Below, piece after piece: positions 23,501 through 38,100 of a DNA stretch of 64,000 bases. This stretch comes from Leptogorgia sarmentosa (Eukaryota), in NCBI GenBank assembly GCA_964658305.1, contig OZ210885.1:16616001-16680000 (forward strand), written 5' to 3'. The position numbers were made by a program, and so were the translations under genes. Under the pieces are notes generated by a model. That model was not told the origin of the DNA. It was given only the letters and a program-made list of their open reading frames with translations, and searched no databases. The stretch's first letter is position 1. The number at the start of each line of letters is the position of its first letter.

Positions 23501-26500
23501 GTGACCACCTGGGAATACTTTGTGTTGTAGACTTGCTTCATTTTATTGTATGTGTGTTTGTAAATAGGTTTGCTTTCAATTTCAACTTCAGGGTTTTGTT
23601 ATTGTTACACGTTTAAAAAGTGTTACTTCCATCAACAAATGTCTACGACCTTACCAGTAGGAAAATACCGGTTCTCGTCTGATCACCGAAGTTAAGCCTT
23701 GGTGGGCAAAGTTAGTACTTAGATGGGTGACCACCTGGGAATACTTTGTGTTGTAGACTTGCTTCATTTTATTGTATGTGTGTTTTTAAATATGTTTGCT
23801 TTCAATTTCAACTTCAGGGTTTTGTTATTGTTACATGTTTAAAAAGTGTAACTTCCATCAACAAATGTCTACGACCATACCAGCAGGAAAATACCGGTTC
23901 TCATCTGATCACCGAAGTTAAGCCTAGGTGGGCAAAGTTAGTACTTGGATGGGTGACCACCTGGGAATACTTTGTGTTGTAGACTTGCTTCATTTTATTG
24001 TATGTGTGTTTGTAAATAGGTTTGCTTTCAATGTAAACTTCAGGGATTTTGTTTTTGCTACATCTGGAAATACTTTGTATTGTTGTTTTGCTAAATGTTA
24101 TTTAATGCCTATTTGTAAATATAATTCCTTTCAATTTCAACTTCAGGGTTTTGTTATTGTTACACGTTTAAAAAGTGTTACTTCCATCAACAAATGTCTA
24201 CGACCGTACGAGTAGGAAAATACCGGTTCTCGTCTGATCACCGAAGTTAAGCCTAGGTGGGCAAAGTTAGTAGTTGGATGGGTGACCACTTGGGAATACT
24301 TTGTGTTGTAGAGTTGCTTCATTTTATTGTATGTGTGTTTGTAAATAGGTTTGCTTTCAATTTCAACTTCAGGGTTTTTTTATTGTTACACGTTTAAAAA
24401 GTGTAACTTCCATCAACAAATGTCTACGACCATACCAGTAGGAAAATACCGGTTCTCGTCTGATCACCGAAGTTAAGCCTAGGTGGGCAAAGTTAGTACT
24501 TGGATGGGTCACCACCTGGGAATACTTTGTGTTGTAGACTTGCTTCATTTTATTGTATGTGTGTTTGTAAATAGGTTTGCTTTCAATTTCAACTTCAGGG
24601 TTTTGTTATTGTTACACGTTTTAAAAGTGTTACTTCCATCAACAAATGTCTACGACCATACCAGTAGGAACATACCGGTTCTCGTTTGATCACCGAAGTT
24701 AAGCCTACGTGGGCAAAGTTAGTACTTGGATGGGTGACTACCTGGGAATACCTTGTGTTGTAGACTTGCTTCATTTTATTGTATGTGTGTTTGTAAATAG
24801 GTTTGCTTTCAATTGCAACATCAGGGTTTTGTTATTGTTACACGTTTAAAAAGTGTAACTTCCATCAACAAATGTCTACGACCATACCAGTAGGAAAATA
24901 CCGGTTCTCGTCTGATCACCGAAGTTAAGCCTAGGTGGGCAAAGTTAGTACTTGGATGGGTGACCACCTGGGAATACTTTGTGTTGTAGACTTGCTTCAT
25001 TTTATTGTATGTGTGTTTGTAAATAGGTTTGCTTTCAATTTCAACTTCAGGGATTTGTTATTGTTACACGTTTAAAAAGTGTTACTTCCATGAACAAATG
25101 TCTACGACCATACCAGTAGGAAAATACCGGTTCTCGTCTGATCACCGAAGTTAAGCCTAGGTGGGGAAAGTTAGTACTTGGATGGGTGACCACCTGGGAA
25201 TACTTTTTTTTGTAGACTTGCTTCATTTTATTGTATGTGTGTTTGCAAATAGGTTTGCTTTCAATGTAAACTTCAGGGATTTTGTTATTGCTACATCTGG
25301 AAATACTTTGTATTGTTGTTTTGCTAAATGTTATTTAATGCCTATTTGTAAATATACTTCCTTTCAATTTCAACTTCGGGGTTTTGTTATTGTTACACGA
25401 TTAAAAAGTGTAACTTCCATCAACAAATGTGTACGACCGTACGAGTAGGAAAATACCGGTTCTCGTCTGATCACCGAAGTTAAGCCTAGGTGGGCACAGT
25501 TAGTAGTTGGATGGGTGACCACCTGGGAATACTTTGTGTTGTAGACTTGCTTCATTTTATTGTATGTGTGTTTGTAAATAGGTTTGCTTTCAATTTCAAC
25601 TTCAGGGTTTTGTTATTGTTACACGTTTTAAAAGTGTAACTTCCATCAGCAAATGTCTACGACCATACCAGTAGGAAAATACCGGTTCTCGTCTGATCAC
25701 CGAAGTTAAGCCTAGGTGGGCATAGTTAGTACTTGGATGGGTGACCACCTGGGAATACTTTGTGTTGTAGACTTGCTTCACTTTATTGTATGTGTGTTTG
25801 TAAATAGGTTTGCTTTCAATTTCATCTTCAGGGTTTTGTTATTGTTACACGTTTAAAAAGTGTTACTTCCATCAACAAATGTCTACGACCATACCAGTAG
25901 GAAAATACCGGTTCTCGTCTGATCACTGAAGTTAAGCCTAGGTGGGCAAAGTTAGTACTTGGATGGGTGACCACCTGGGAATACTTTGTGTTGTAGACTT
26001 GCTTCATTTTATTGTATGTGTGTTTGTAAATAGGTTTGCTTTCAATTTCAACTTCAGGGTTTTGTTATTCTTACACGTTTAAAAAGTGTTACTTCCACCA
26101 ACAAATGTCTACGACCATACCAGTAGCAAAATACCTGTTCTCGTCTGATCACCGAAGTTAAGCCTAGGTGGGAAAGTTAGTACTTGGATGGGTGACTACC
26201 TGGGAATACTTTGTGTTGTAGACTTGCTTCATTTTATTGTATGTGTGTTTGTAAATATAATTCCTTTCAATTTCAACTTCAGGGTTTTGTTATTGTTACA
26301 CGTTTAAAAAGTGTAACTTCCATCAACAAATGTCTACCACCATACCAGTAGGAAAATACCGGTTCTCGTCTGATCACCGAAGTTAAGCCTAGGTTGGGCA
26401 AAGTTAGTACTTGGATGGGTGACCACCTGGGAATATTTTGTGTTGTAGACTTGCTTCATTTTATTGTATGTGTGTTTGTAAATAGGTTTGCTTTCAATTT

Positions 26501-27544
26501 CAACTTGAGGGTTTTCTTATTGTTACATGTTTAAAAAGTGTAACTTCCATCAACAAATGTCTACGACCATACCAGCAGGAAAATACCGGTTCTCGTCTGA
26601 TCACCGAAGTTAAGCCTAGGTGGGCAAGTTAGTACTTGGATGGGTGACCACCTGGGAATACTTTGTTTTGTAGACTTGCTTCATTTTATTGTATGTGTGT
26701 TTGTAAATAGGTTTGCTTTCAATTTCAACTTTAGGGTTTTGTTATTGTTACACGTTTAAAAAGTGTAACTTCCATCAACAAATGTCTACGACCATACCAG
26801 TAGGAAAATACCGGTTCTCGTCTGATCACCGAAGTTAAGCCTCGGTGGGCAAAGTTAGTACTTGGATGGGTGACCACCTGGGAATACTTTGTGTTGTAGA
26901 CTTGCTTCATTTTATTGTATGTGTGTTTGTAAATAGGTTTGCTTTCAATTTCAACTTCAGGGTTTTGTTATTGTTACACGTTTATAAAGTGTAACTTCCA
27001 TCAACAAATGTCTACGACCATACCAGTAGGAAAATACCGGTTCTCGTCTCATCACCGAAGTTAAGCCTAGGTGGGCAAAGTTAGTACTTGGATGGGTGAC
27101 CACCTGGGAATACTTTGTGTTGTAGACTTGCTTCATTTTATTGTATGTGTGTTTGTAAATAGGTTTGCTTTCAATTTCAACTTCAGGGTTTTGTTATTGT
27201 TACACGTTTAAAAAGTGTTACTTCCATCAACAAATGTCTACGACCATACCAGTAGGAAAATACCGGTTCTCGTTTGATCACCGAAGTTAAGCCTACGTGG
27301 GCAAAGTTAGTACTTGGATGGGTGACTACCTGGGAATACTTTGTGTTGTAGACTTGCTTCATTTTATTGTATGTGTGTTTGTAAATAGGTTTGCTTTCAA
27401 TTGCAACTTCAGGGTTTTGTTATTGTTACACGTTTAAAAAATGTAACTTCCATCAACAAATGTCTACGACCATACTAGTAGGAAAATGCCGGTTCTCGTC
27501 TGATCACTGAAGTTAAGCCTAGGTGGGCAAAGTTAGTACTTGGA

Positions 27545-30500
27545 TGGGTGACCACCTGGGAATACTTTGTGTTTAGACTTGCTTCATTTTATTGTATGTG
27601 TGTTTGTAAATAGGTTTGCTTTCAATGTAAACTTCAGGGATTTTTTTATTACTACATCTGGAAATATTTTGTATTGTTGTTTCGCTAAATGTTATTTAAT
27701 GCCTATTTGTAAATATAATTCCTTTCAATTTCAACTTCAGGGTTTTGTTATTGTTACACGTTTAAAAAATGTAACTTCCATCAACAAATGTCTACGACCA
27801 TACCAGTAGGAAAATACCGGTTCTCGTCTCATCACCGAAGTTAAGCCTAGGTGCGCAAAGTTAGTACTTGGATGGGTGACCACCTGGGAATACTTTGTGT
27901 TGTAGACTTGCTTCATTTTATTGTATGTGTGTTTGTAAATAGGTTTGCTTTCAATTTCAACTTCAGGGTTTTGTTATTGTTACACGTTTAAAAAGTGTAA
28001 CTTCCATCAACAAATGTCTACGACCATACCAGTAGGAAAATACCGGTTCTCGTCTGATCACCGAAGTTAAGCCTAGGTGGGCAAAGTTAGTACTTGGATG
28101 GGTGACCACCTGGGAATACTTTGTGTTGTAGACTTGCTTCATTTTATTGTATGTGTGTTTGTAAATAGGTTTGCTTTCAATTTCAACTTCAGGGTTTTGT
28201 TATTGTTACACATTTAAAAAGTGTTACTTCCAACAACAAATGTCTACGACCATACCAGTAGGAAAATACCGGTTCTCGTCTGATCACCGAAGTTAAACCT
28301 AGGTGGGCAAAGTTAGTACTTGGATGGGTGACCACCTGGGAATACTTTGTGTTGTAGACTTGCTTCATTTTATTGTATGTGTGTTTGTAAATAGGTTTGC
28401 TTTCAATTTCAACTTCAGGGTTTTGTTATTGTTACACGTTTAAAATGTGTAACTTCCATCAACAAATGTCAACGACCATACCAGTAGGAAAATACCGGTT
28501 CTCGTCTGATCACCGAAGTTAAGCCTAGGTGGGCAAAGTTAGTACTTGGATGGGTGACTACCTGGGAATACTTTGTGTTGTAGACTTGCTTCATTTTATT
28601 GTATGTGTGTTTGTAAATAGAATTCCTTTCAATTTCAACTTCAGGGTTTTGTTATTGTTACACGTTCAAAAAGTGTAACTTCCATCAACAAATGTCTACG
28701 ACCATACCAGTAGGAAAATACCGGTTCTTGTCTGATCACCGAAGTTAAGCCTAGGTGGGCAAAGTTAGTACTTGGATGGGTGACCACCTGGGAGTACTTT
28801 GTGTTGTAGACTTGCTTCATTTTATTGTATGTGTGTTTGTAAATAGGTTTGCTTTCAATGTAAACTTCAGGGATTTTGTTATTGCTACATCTGGAAATAC
28901 TTTGTATTGTTGTTTTGCTAAATGTTATTTAATGCCTATTTGTAAATATAATTCCTTTCAACTTCAACTTCAGGGTTTTATTATTGTTACACGTTTAAAA
29001 AGTGTAACTTCCATCAACAAGTGTCTACGACCATACCAGTAGGAAAATACCGGTTCTCGTCTGATCACCGAAGTTAAGCCTAGGTGGGAAAAGTTAGTAC
29101 TTGGATGGGTGACCACCTGGGAATACTTTGTGTTGTAGACTTGCTTCATTTTATTGTATGTGTGTTTGTAAATAGGTTTGCTTTCAATGTAAACTTCAGG
29201 GATTTTGTTATTGCTACATCTGGAAATACTTTGTATTGTTGTTTTCCTAAATGTTATTTAATGCCTATTTGTAAATATAATTCCTTTCAATTTCAACTTC
29301 AGGGTTTTGTTATTGTTACACATTTAAAAAGTGTAACTTGCATCAACAAATGTCTACGACCGTACGAGTAGGAAAATACCGGTTCTCGTCTGATCACCGA
29401 AGTTAAGCCTAGGTGGGCAAAGTTAGTACTTGGATGGGTGACTACCTGCGAATACTTTGTGTTGTAGACTTGCTTCATTTTATTGTATGTGTGTTTGTAA
29501 ATATAATTCCTTTCAATCTCAACTTCAGGGTTTTGTTATTGTTACACGTTTAAAAAGTGTAACTTCCATCAATAAATGTCTACGACCATACCACTAGGAA
29601 AATACCGGTTCTCGTCTGATCACCGAAGTTAAGCCTAGGTGGGTAAAGTTAGCAGTTGGATGGGTGACCACCTGGGAATACTTTGCGTTGTAGACTTGCT
29701 TCATTTTGTTGTATGTGTGTTTGTAAGTAGGTTTGCTTTCAATTTCAACTTCAGGGTTTTGTTATTGTTACACGTTTAAAAAGTGTAACTTCCATCAACA
29801 AATGTCTACGACCATACCAGTAGGAAAATACCGGTTCTCGTCTGATCACCGAAGTTAAGCCTAGGTGGGCAAAGTTAGTACTTTGATGGGTGACCACCTG
29901 GGAATACTTTGTGTTTAGACTTGCTTCATTTTATTGTATGTGTGTTTGTAAATAGGTTTGCTTTCAATGTAAACTTCAGGGATTTTTTTATTACTACATC
30001 TGGAAATATTTTGTATTGTTGTTTCGCTAAATGTTATTTAATGCCTATTTGTAAATATAATTCCTTTCAATTTCAACTTCAGGGTTTTGTTATTGTTACA
30101 CGTTTAAAAAATGTAACTTCCATCAACAAATGTCTACGACCATACCAGTAGGAAAATACCGGTTCTCGTCTCATCACCGAAGTTAAGCCTAGGTGCGCAA
30201 AGTTAGTACTTGGATGGGTGACCACCTGGGAATACTTTGTGTTGTAGACTTGCTTCATTTTATTGTATGTGTGTTTGTAAATAGGTTTGCTTTCAATTTC
30301 AACTTCAGGGTTTTGTTATTGTTACACGTTTAAAAAGTGTAACTTCCATCAACAAATGTCTACGACCATACCAGTAGGAAAATACCGGTTCTCGTCTGAT
30401 CACCGAAGTTAAGCCTAGGTGGGCAAAGTTAGTACTTGGATGGGTGACCACCTGGGAATACTTTGTGTTGTAGACTTGCTTCATTTTATTGTATGTGTGT

Positions 30501-32115
30501 TTGTAAATAGGTTTGCTTTCAATTTCAACTTCAGGGTTTTGTTATTGTTACACATTTAAAAAGTGTTACTTCCAACAACAAATGTCTACGACCATACCAG
30601 TAGGAAAATACCGGTTCTCGTCTGATCACCGAAGTTAAACCTAGGTGGGCAAAGTTAGTACTTGGATGGGTGACCACCTGGGAATACTTTGTGTTGTAGA
30701 CTTGCTTCATTTTATTGTATGTGTGTTTGTAAATAGGTTTGCTTTCAATTTCAACTTCAGGGTTTTGTTATTGTTACACGTTTAAAATGTGTAACTTCCA
30801 TCAACAAATGTCAACGACCATACCAGTAGGAAAATACCGGTTCTCGTCTGATCACCGAAGTTAAGCCTAGGTGGGCAAAGTTAGTACTTGGATGGGTGAC
30901 TACCTGGGAATACTTTGTGTTGTAGACTTGCTTCATTTTATTGTATGTGTGTTTGTAAATAGAATTCCTTTCAATTTCAACTTCAGGGTTTTGTTATTGT
31001 TACACGTTCAAAAAGTGTAACTTCCATCAACAAATGTCTACGACCATACCAGTAGGAAAATACCGGTTCTTGTCTGATCACCGAAGTTAAGCCTAGGTGG
31101 GCAAAGTTAGTACTTGGATGGGTGACCACCTGGGAGTACTTTGTGTTGTAGACTTGCTTCATTTTATTGTATGTGTGTTTGTAAATAGGTTTGCTTTCAA
31201 TGTAAACTTCAGGGATTTTGTTATTGCTACATCTGGAAATACTTTGTATTGTTGTTTTGCTAAATGTTATTTAATGCCTATTTGTAAATATAATTCCTTT
31301 CAACTTCAACTTCAGGGTTTTATTATTGTTACACGTTTAAAAAGTGTAACTTCCATCAACAAGTGTCTACGACCATACCAGTAGGAAAATACCGGTTCTC
31401 GTCTGATCACCGAAGTTAAGCCTAGGTGGGAAAAGTTAGTACTTGGATGGGTGACCACCTGGGAATACTTTGTGTTGTAGACTTGCTTCATTTTATTGTA
31501 TGTGTGTTTGTAAATAGGTTTGCTTTCAATGTAAACTTCAGGGATTTTGTTATTGCTACATCTGGAAATACTTTGTATTGTTGTTTTCCTAAATGTTATT
31601 TAATGCCTATTTGTAAATATAATTCCTTTCAATTTCAACTTCAGGGTTTTGTTATTGTTACACATTTAAAAAGTGTAACTTGCATCAACAAATGTCTACG
31701 ACCGTACGAGTAGGAAAATACCGGTTCTCGTCTGATCACCGAAGTTAAGCCTAGGTGGGCAAAGTTAGTACTTGGATGGGTGACTACCTGCGAATACTTT
31801 GTGTTGTAGACTTGCTTCATTTTATTGTATGTGTGTTTGTAAATATAATTCCTTTCAATCTCAACTTCAGGGTTTTGTTATTGTTACACGTTTAAAAAGT
31901 GTAACTTCCATCAATAAATGTCTACGACCATACCACTAGGAAAATACCGGTTCTCGTCTGATCACCGAAGTTAAGCCTAGGTGGGTAAAGTTAGCAGTTG
32001 GATGGGTGACCACCTGGGAATACTTTGCGTTGTAGACTTGCTTCATTTTGTTGTATGTGTGTTTGTAAGTAGGTTTGCTTTCAATTTCAACTTCAGGGTT
32101 TTGTTATTGTTACAC
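27545..32115 (+). repeat. 2342-bp higher-order repeat (9 genes), ~2 copies
   Basis: Markers at 27567/29909, 28755/31097 and 29084/31426. 2342 = 3x329 + 6x226 - 1. Confidence 0.9.
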
Positions 32116-35100
32116 ATTTAAAAAGTGTAACTTGCATCAACAAATGTCTACGACCGTACGAGTAGGAAAATACCGGTTCTCGTCTGATCACCGAAGTTAA
32201 GCCTAGGTGGGCAAAGTTAGTACTTGGTTGGGTGACTACCTGCGAATACTTTGTGTTGTAGACTTGCTTCATTTTATTGTATGTGTGTTTGTAAATATAA
32301 TTCCTTTCAATTTCAACTTCAGGGTTTTGTTATTGTTACACGTTTAAAAAGTGTAACTTCCATCAATAAATGTCTACGACCATACCACTAGGAAAATACC
32401 GGTTCTCGTCTGATCACCGAAGTTAAGCGTAGGTGGGAAAAGTTAGTACTTGGATGGGTGAGCACCTGGGAATACTTTGTGTTGTAGATTTGCTTCATTT
32501 TATTGTATGTGTGTTTTTAAATAGGTTTGCTTTCAATTTCAACTTCAGGGTTTTGTTATTGTTACACGTTTAAAAAGTGTAACTTCCATCAACAAATGTC
32601 TACGACCATACCAGTAGGAAAATACCGGTTCTCGTCTGATCACCGAAGTTAAGCCTAGGTGGGAAAAGTTAGTACTTGGATGGGTGACCACCTGGGAATA
32701 CTTTGTGTTGTAGACTTGCTTCATTTTATTGTATGTGTGTTTGTAAATAGGTTTGCTTTCAATTTCAACTTCAGGGTTTTGTTATTGTTACACGTTTAAA
32801 AAGTGTAACTTCCATCAACAAATGCCTACGACCACACCAGTAGGAAAATACCGGTTCTCGTCTGATCACCGAAGTTAAGCCTAGGTGGGCAAAGTTAGTA
32901 CTTGGATGGCTGACCACCTGGGAATACTTTGTGTTGTAGACTTGCTTCATTTTATTGTATGTGTGTTTGTAAATAGGTTTGCTTTCAATGTAAACTTCAG
33001 GGATTTTGTTATTGCTACATCTGGAAATACTTTGTATTGTTGTTTTGCTAAATGTTATTTAATGCCTATTTGTAAATATAATTCCTTTCAATTTCAACTT
33101 CAGGGTTTTGTTATTGTTACACGTTTAAAAAGTGTAACTTCCATCAACAAATGTCTACGACCATACCAGTAGGAAAATACCGGTTCTCGTCTGATCACCG
33201 AAGTTAAGCCTAGGTGGGCAAAGTTAGTACTTGGATGGGTGACTACCTGGGAATACTTTGTGTTGTAGACTTGCTTCATTTTATTGTATCTGTGTTTGTA
33301 AATAGGTTTGCTTTCAATGTAAACTTCAGGGATTTTGTTATTGCTACATCTGGAAATACTTTGTATTGTTGTTTTCCTAAATGTTATTTAATGCCTATTT
33401 GTAAATATAATTCCTTTCAATTTCAACTTCAGGGTATTGTTATTGTTACACGTTTAAAAAGTGTAACTTCCATCAACAAATGTCTACGACCATACCAGTA
33501 GGAAAATACCGGTTCTCGTCTGATCACTGAAGTTAAGCCTAGGTGGGCAAAGTTAGTACTTGGATGGGTGACTACCTGGGAATACTTTGTGTTGTAGACT
33601 TGCTTCATTTTATTGTATGTGTGTTTGTAAATAGGTTTGCTTTCAATTTCAACTTCAGGGTTTTGTTATTGTTACACATTTAAAAAGTGTAACTTCCATC
33701 AACAAATGTCTACGACCATACCAGTAGGAAAATACCGGTTCTCGTCTGATCACCAAAGTTAGGCCTAGGTGGGAAAAGTTAGTACTTGGATGGGTGACCA
33801 CCTGGGAATACTTTGTGTTGTAGACTTGCTTCATTTTATTGTATGTGTGTTTGTAAATAGGTTTGCTTTCAATTTCAACTTCAGGGTTTTGTTATTGTTA
33901 CACGTTTAAAAAGTGTAACTTCCATCAACAAATGTCTACGACCATACCAGTAGGAAAATACCGGTTCTTGTCTGATCACCGAAGTTAAGCCTAGGTGGGT
34001 AAAGTTAGTACTTGGATGGGTGACCACCTGGGAATACTTTGTGTTGTAGACTTGCTTCATTTTATTGTATGTGTGTTTGTAAATAGGTTTGCTTTCAATG
34101 TAAACTTCAGGGATTTTGTTATTGCTACATCTGGAAATACTTTGTATTGTTGTTTTGCTAAATGTTATTTAATGCCTATTTGTAAATATAATTCCTTTCA
34201 ACTTCAACTTCAGGGTTTTATTATTGTTACACGTTTAAAAAGTGTAACGTCCATCAACAAGTGTCTACGACCATACCAGTAGGAAAATACCGGTTCTCGT
34301 CTGATCACCGAAGTTAAGCCTAGGTGGGCAAAGTTAGTACTTGGATGGGTGACTACCTGGGAATACTTTGTGTTGTAGACTTGCTTCATTTTATTGTATG
34401 TGTGTTTGTAAATAGGTTTGCTTTCAATTTCAACTTCAGGGTTTTGTTATTGTTACACGTTTAAAAAGTGTAACTTCCATCAACAAATGTCTACGACCAT
34501 ACCAGTAGGAAAATACCGGTTCTCGTCTGATCACCGAAGTTAAGCCTAGGTGGGCAAAGTTAGTACTTGGATGGGTGACTACCTGGGAATACTTTGTGTT
34601 GTAGACTTGCTTCATTTTATTGTATGTGTGTTTGTAAATAGGTTTGCTTTCAATGTAAACTTCAGGGATTTTGTTATTGCTACATCTGGAAATACTTTGT
34701 ATTGTTGTTTTCCTAAATGTTATTTAATGCCTATTTGTAAATATAATTCCTTTCAACTTCAACATCGGGGTTTTGTTATTGTTACACGTTTAAAAAGTGT
34801 AACTTCCATCATCAAATGTCTACGACCATACCAGTAGGAAAATACCGGTTCTCGTCTGATCACTGAAGTTAAGGCTAGGTGGGCAAAGTTAGTACTTGGA
34901 TGGGTGACTACCTGGGAATACTTTGTGTTGTAGACTTGCTTCATTTTATTGTATGTGTGTTTGTAAATAGGTTTGCTTTCAATTTCAACTTCAGGGTTTT
35001 GTTATTGTTACACGTTTAAAAAGTGTAACTTCCATCAACAAATGTCTAGGACCATACCAGTAGGAAAATACCGGTTCTCGTCTGATCACCAAAGTTAGGC

Positions 35101-38100
35101 CTAGGTGGGAAAAGTTAGTACTTGGATGGGTGACCACCTGGGAATACTTTGTGTTGTAGACTTACTTCATTTTATTGTATGTGTGTTTGTAAATAGGTTT
35201 GCTTTCAATTTCAACTTCAGGGTTTTGTTATTGTTACACATTTAAAAAGTGTAACTTCCATCAACAAATGTCTACGACCATACCAGTAGGAAAATACCGG
35301 TTCTCGTCTGATCACCGAAGTTAAGCCTAGGTGGGCAAAGTTAGTACTTGGATGGGTGACCACCTGGGAATACTTTGTGTTGTAGACTTGCTTCATTTTA
35401 TTGTATGTGTGTTTGTAAATAGGTTTGCTTTCAATGTAAACTTCAGGGATTTTGTTATTGCTACATCTGGAAATACTTTGTATTGTTGTTTTCCTAAATG
35501 TTATTTAATGCCTATTTGTAAATATAATTCCTTTCAATTTCAACTTCAGGGTTTTGTTATTGTTACACATTTAAAAAGTGTAACTTGCATCAACAAATGT
35601 CTACGACCGTACGAGTAGGAAAATACCGGTTCTCGTCTGATCACCGAAGTTAAGCGTAGGTGGGAAAAGTTAGTACTTGGATGGGTGAGCATTTGGGAAT
35701 ACTTTGTGTTGTAGATTTGCTTCATTTTATTGTATGTGTGTTTTTAAATAGGTTTGCTTTCAATTTCAACTTCAGGGTTTTGTTATTGTTACACGTTTAA
35801 AAAGTGTAACTTCCATCAACAAATGTCTACGACCACACCAGTAGGAAAATACCGGTTCTCGTCTGATCACCGAAGTTAAGCTTAGGTGGGCAAAGTTAGT
35901 ACTTGGATGGGTGACTACCTGCGAATACTTTGTGTTGTAGACTTGCTTCATTTTATTGTATGTGTGTTTGTAAATAGGTTTGCTTTCAATTTCAACTTCA
36001 GGGTTTTGTTATTGTTACACGTTTAAAAAGTGTAACTTCCATCAATAAATGTCTACGACTATACCACTAGGAAAATACCGGTTCTCGTCTGATCACCGAA
36101 GTTAAGCGTAGGTGGGAAAAGTTAGTACTTGGATGGGTGAGCATTTGGGAATACTTTGTGTTGTAGATTTGCTTCATTTTATTGTATGTGTGTTTTTAAA
36201 TAGGTTTGCTTTCAATTTCAACTTCAGGGTTTTGTTATTGTTACACGTTTAAAAAGTGTAACTTCCATCAATAAATGTCTACGACCATACCAGTAGGAAA
36301 ATACCGGTTCTCGTCTGATCACCGAAGTTAAGCGTAGGTGTGCAAAGTTAGTACTTGGATGGGTGACCACCTGGGAATACTTTGTGTTGTAGACTTGCTT
36401 CATTTTATTGTATGTGTGTTTGTAAATAGGTTTGCTTTCAATGTAAACTTCAGGGATTTTGTTATTGCTACATCTGGAAATACTTTGTATTGTTGTTTTC
36501 CTAAATGTTATTTAATGCCTATTTGTAAATATAATTCCTTTCAACTTCAACTTCAGGGTTTTGTTATTGTTACACGTTTAAAAAGTGTAACTTCCATCAA
36601 CAAATGTCTACGACCATACCAGTAGGAAAATACCGGTTCTCGTCTGATCACCGAAGTTAAGCCTAGGTGGGCAAAGTTAGTACTTGGATGGGTGACTACC
36701 TGGGAATACTTTGTGTTGTAGACTTGCTTCATTTTATTGTATGTGTGTTTGTAAATAGGTTTGCTTTCAATTTCAACTTCAGGGTTTTGTGATTGTTACA
36801 CGTTTAAAAAGTGTAACTTCCATCAACAAATGTCTACGACCATACCAGTAGGAAAATACCGGTTCTCGTCTGATCACCGAAGTTAACCCTAGGTGGGCAA
36901 AGTTAGTACTTGGATGGGTGACCACCCGGGAATACTTTGTGTTGTAGACTTGCTTGATTTTATTGTATGTGTGTTTGTAAATAGGTTTGCTTTCAATGTA
37001 AACTTCAGGGATTTTGTTATTGCTACATCTGGAAATACTTTGTATTGTTGTTTTCCTAAATGTTATTTAATGCCTATTTGTAAATATAATTCCTTTCAAT
37101 TTCAACTTCAGGGTTTTGTTATTGTTACACATTTAAAAAGTGTAACTTGCATCAACAAATGTCTACGACCGTACGAGTAGGAAAATACCGGTTCTCGTCT
37201 GATCACCGAAGTTAAGCCTAGGTGGGCAAAGTTAGTACTTGGATGGGTGACTACCTGGGAATACTTTGTGTTGTAGACTTGCTTCATTTTATTGTATGTG
37301 TGTTTGTAAATAGGTTTGCTTTCAATGTAAACTTCAGGGATTTTGTTATTCCTACATCTGGAAATACTTTGTATTGTTGTTTTCCTAAATGTTATTTAAT
37401 GCCTATTTGTAAATATAATTCCTTTCAACTTCAACTTCAGGGTTTTGTTATTGTTACACGTTTAAAAAGTGTAACTTCCATCAACAAGTGTCTACGACCA
37501 TACCAGTAGGAAAATACCGGTTCTCGTCTGATCACCGAAGTTAAGCCTAGGTGGGCAAAGTTAGTAGTTGGATGGGTGACAACCTGGGAATACTTTGTGT
37601 TGTAGACTTGCTTCATTTTATTGTATGTGTGTTTGTAAATAGGTTTGCTTTCAATTTCAACTTCAGGGTTTTGTTATTGTTACACGTTTAAAAAGTGTAA
37701 CTTCCATCAACAAATGTCTACGACCATACCAGTAGGAAAATACCGGTTCTCGTTTGATCACCGAAGTTAAGCCTAGGTGGGAAAAGTAAGTACTTGGATG
37801 GGTGACCACCTGGGAATACTTTGTGTTGTAGACTTGCTTCATTTTATTGTATGTGTGTTTGTAAATAGGTTTGCTTTCAATTTCAACTTCAGGGTTTTGT
37901 TATTGTTACACGTTTAAAAAGTGTAACTTCCATCAACAAATGTCTACGACCATACCAGTAGGAAAATACCGGTTCTCGTCTGATCACCGAAGTTAAGCCT
38001 AGGTGGGCAAAGTTAGTACTTGGATGGGTGACCACCTGGGAATACTTTGTGTTGTAGACTTGCTTCATTTTATTGTATGTGTGTTTGTAAATAGGTTTGC

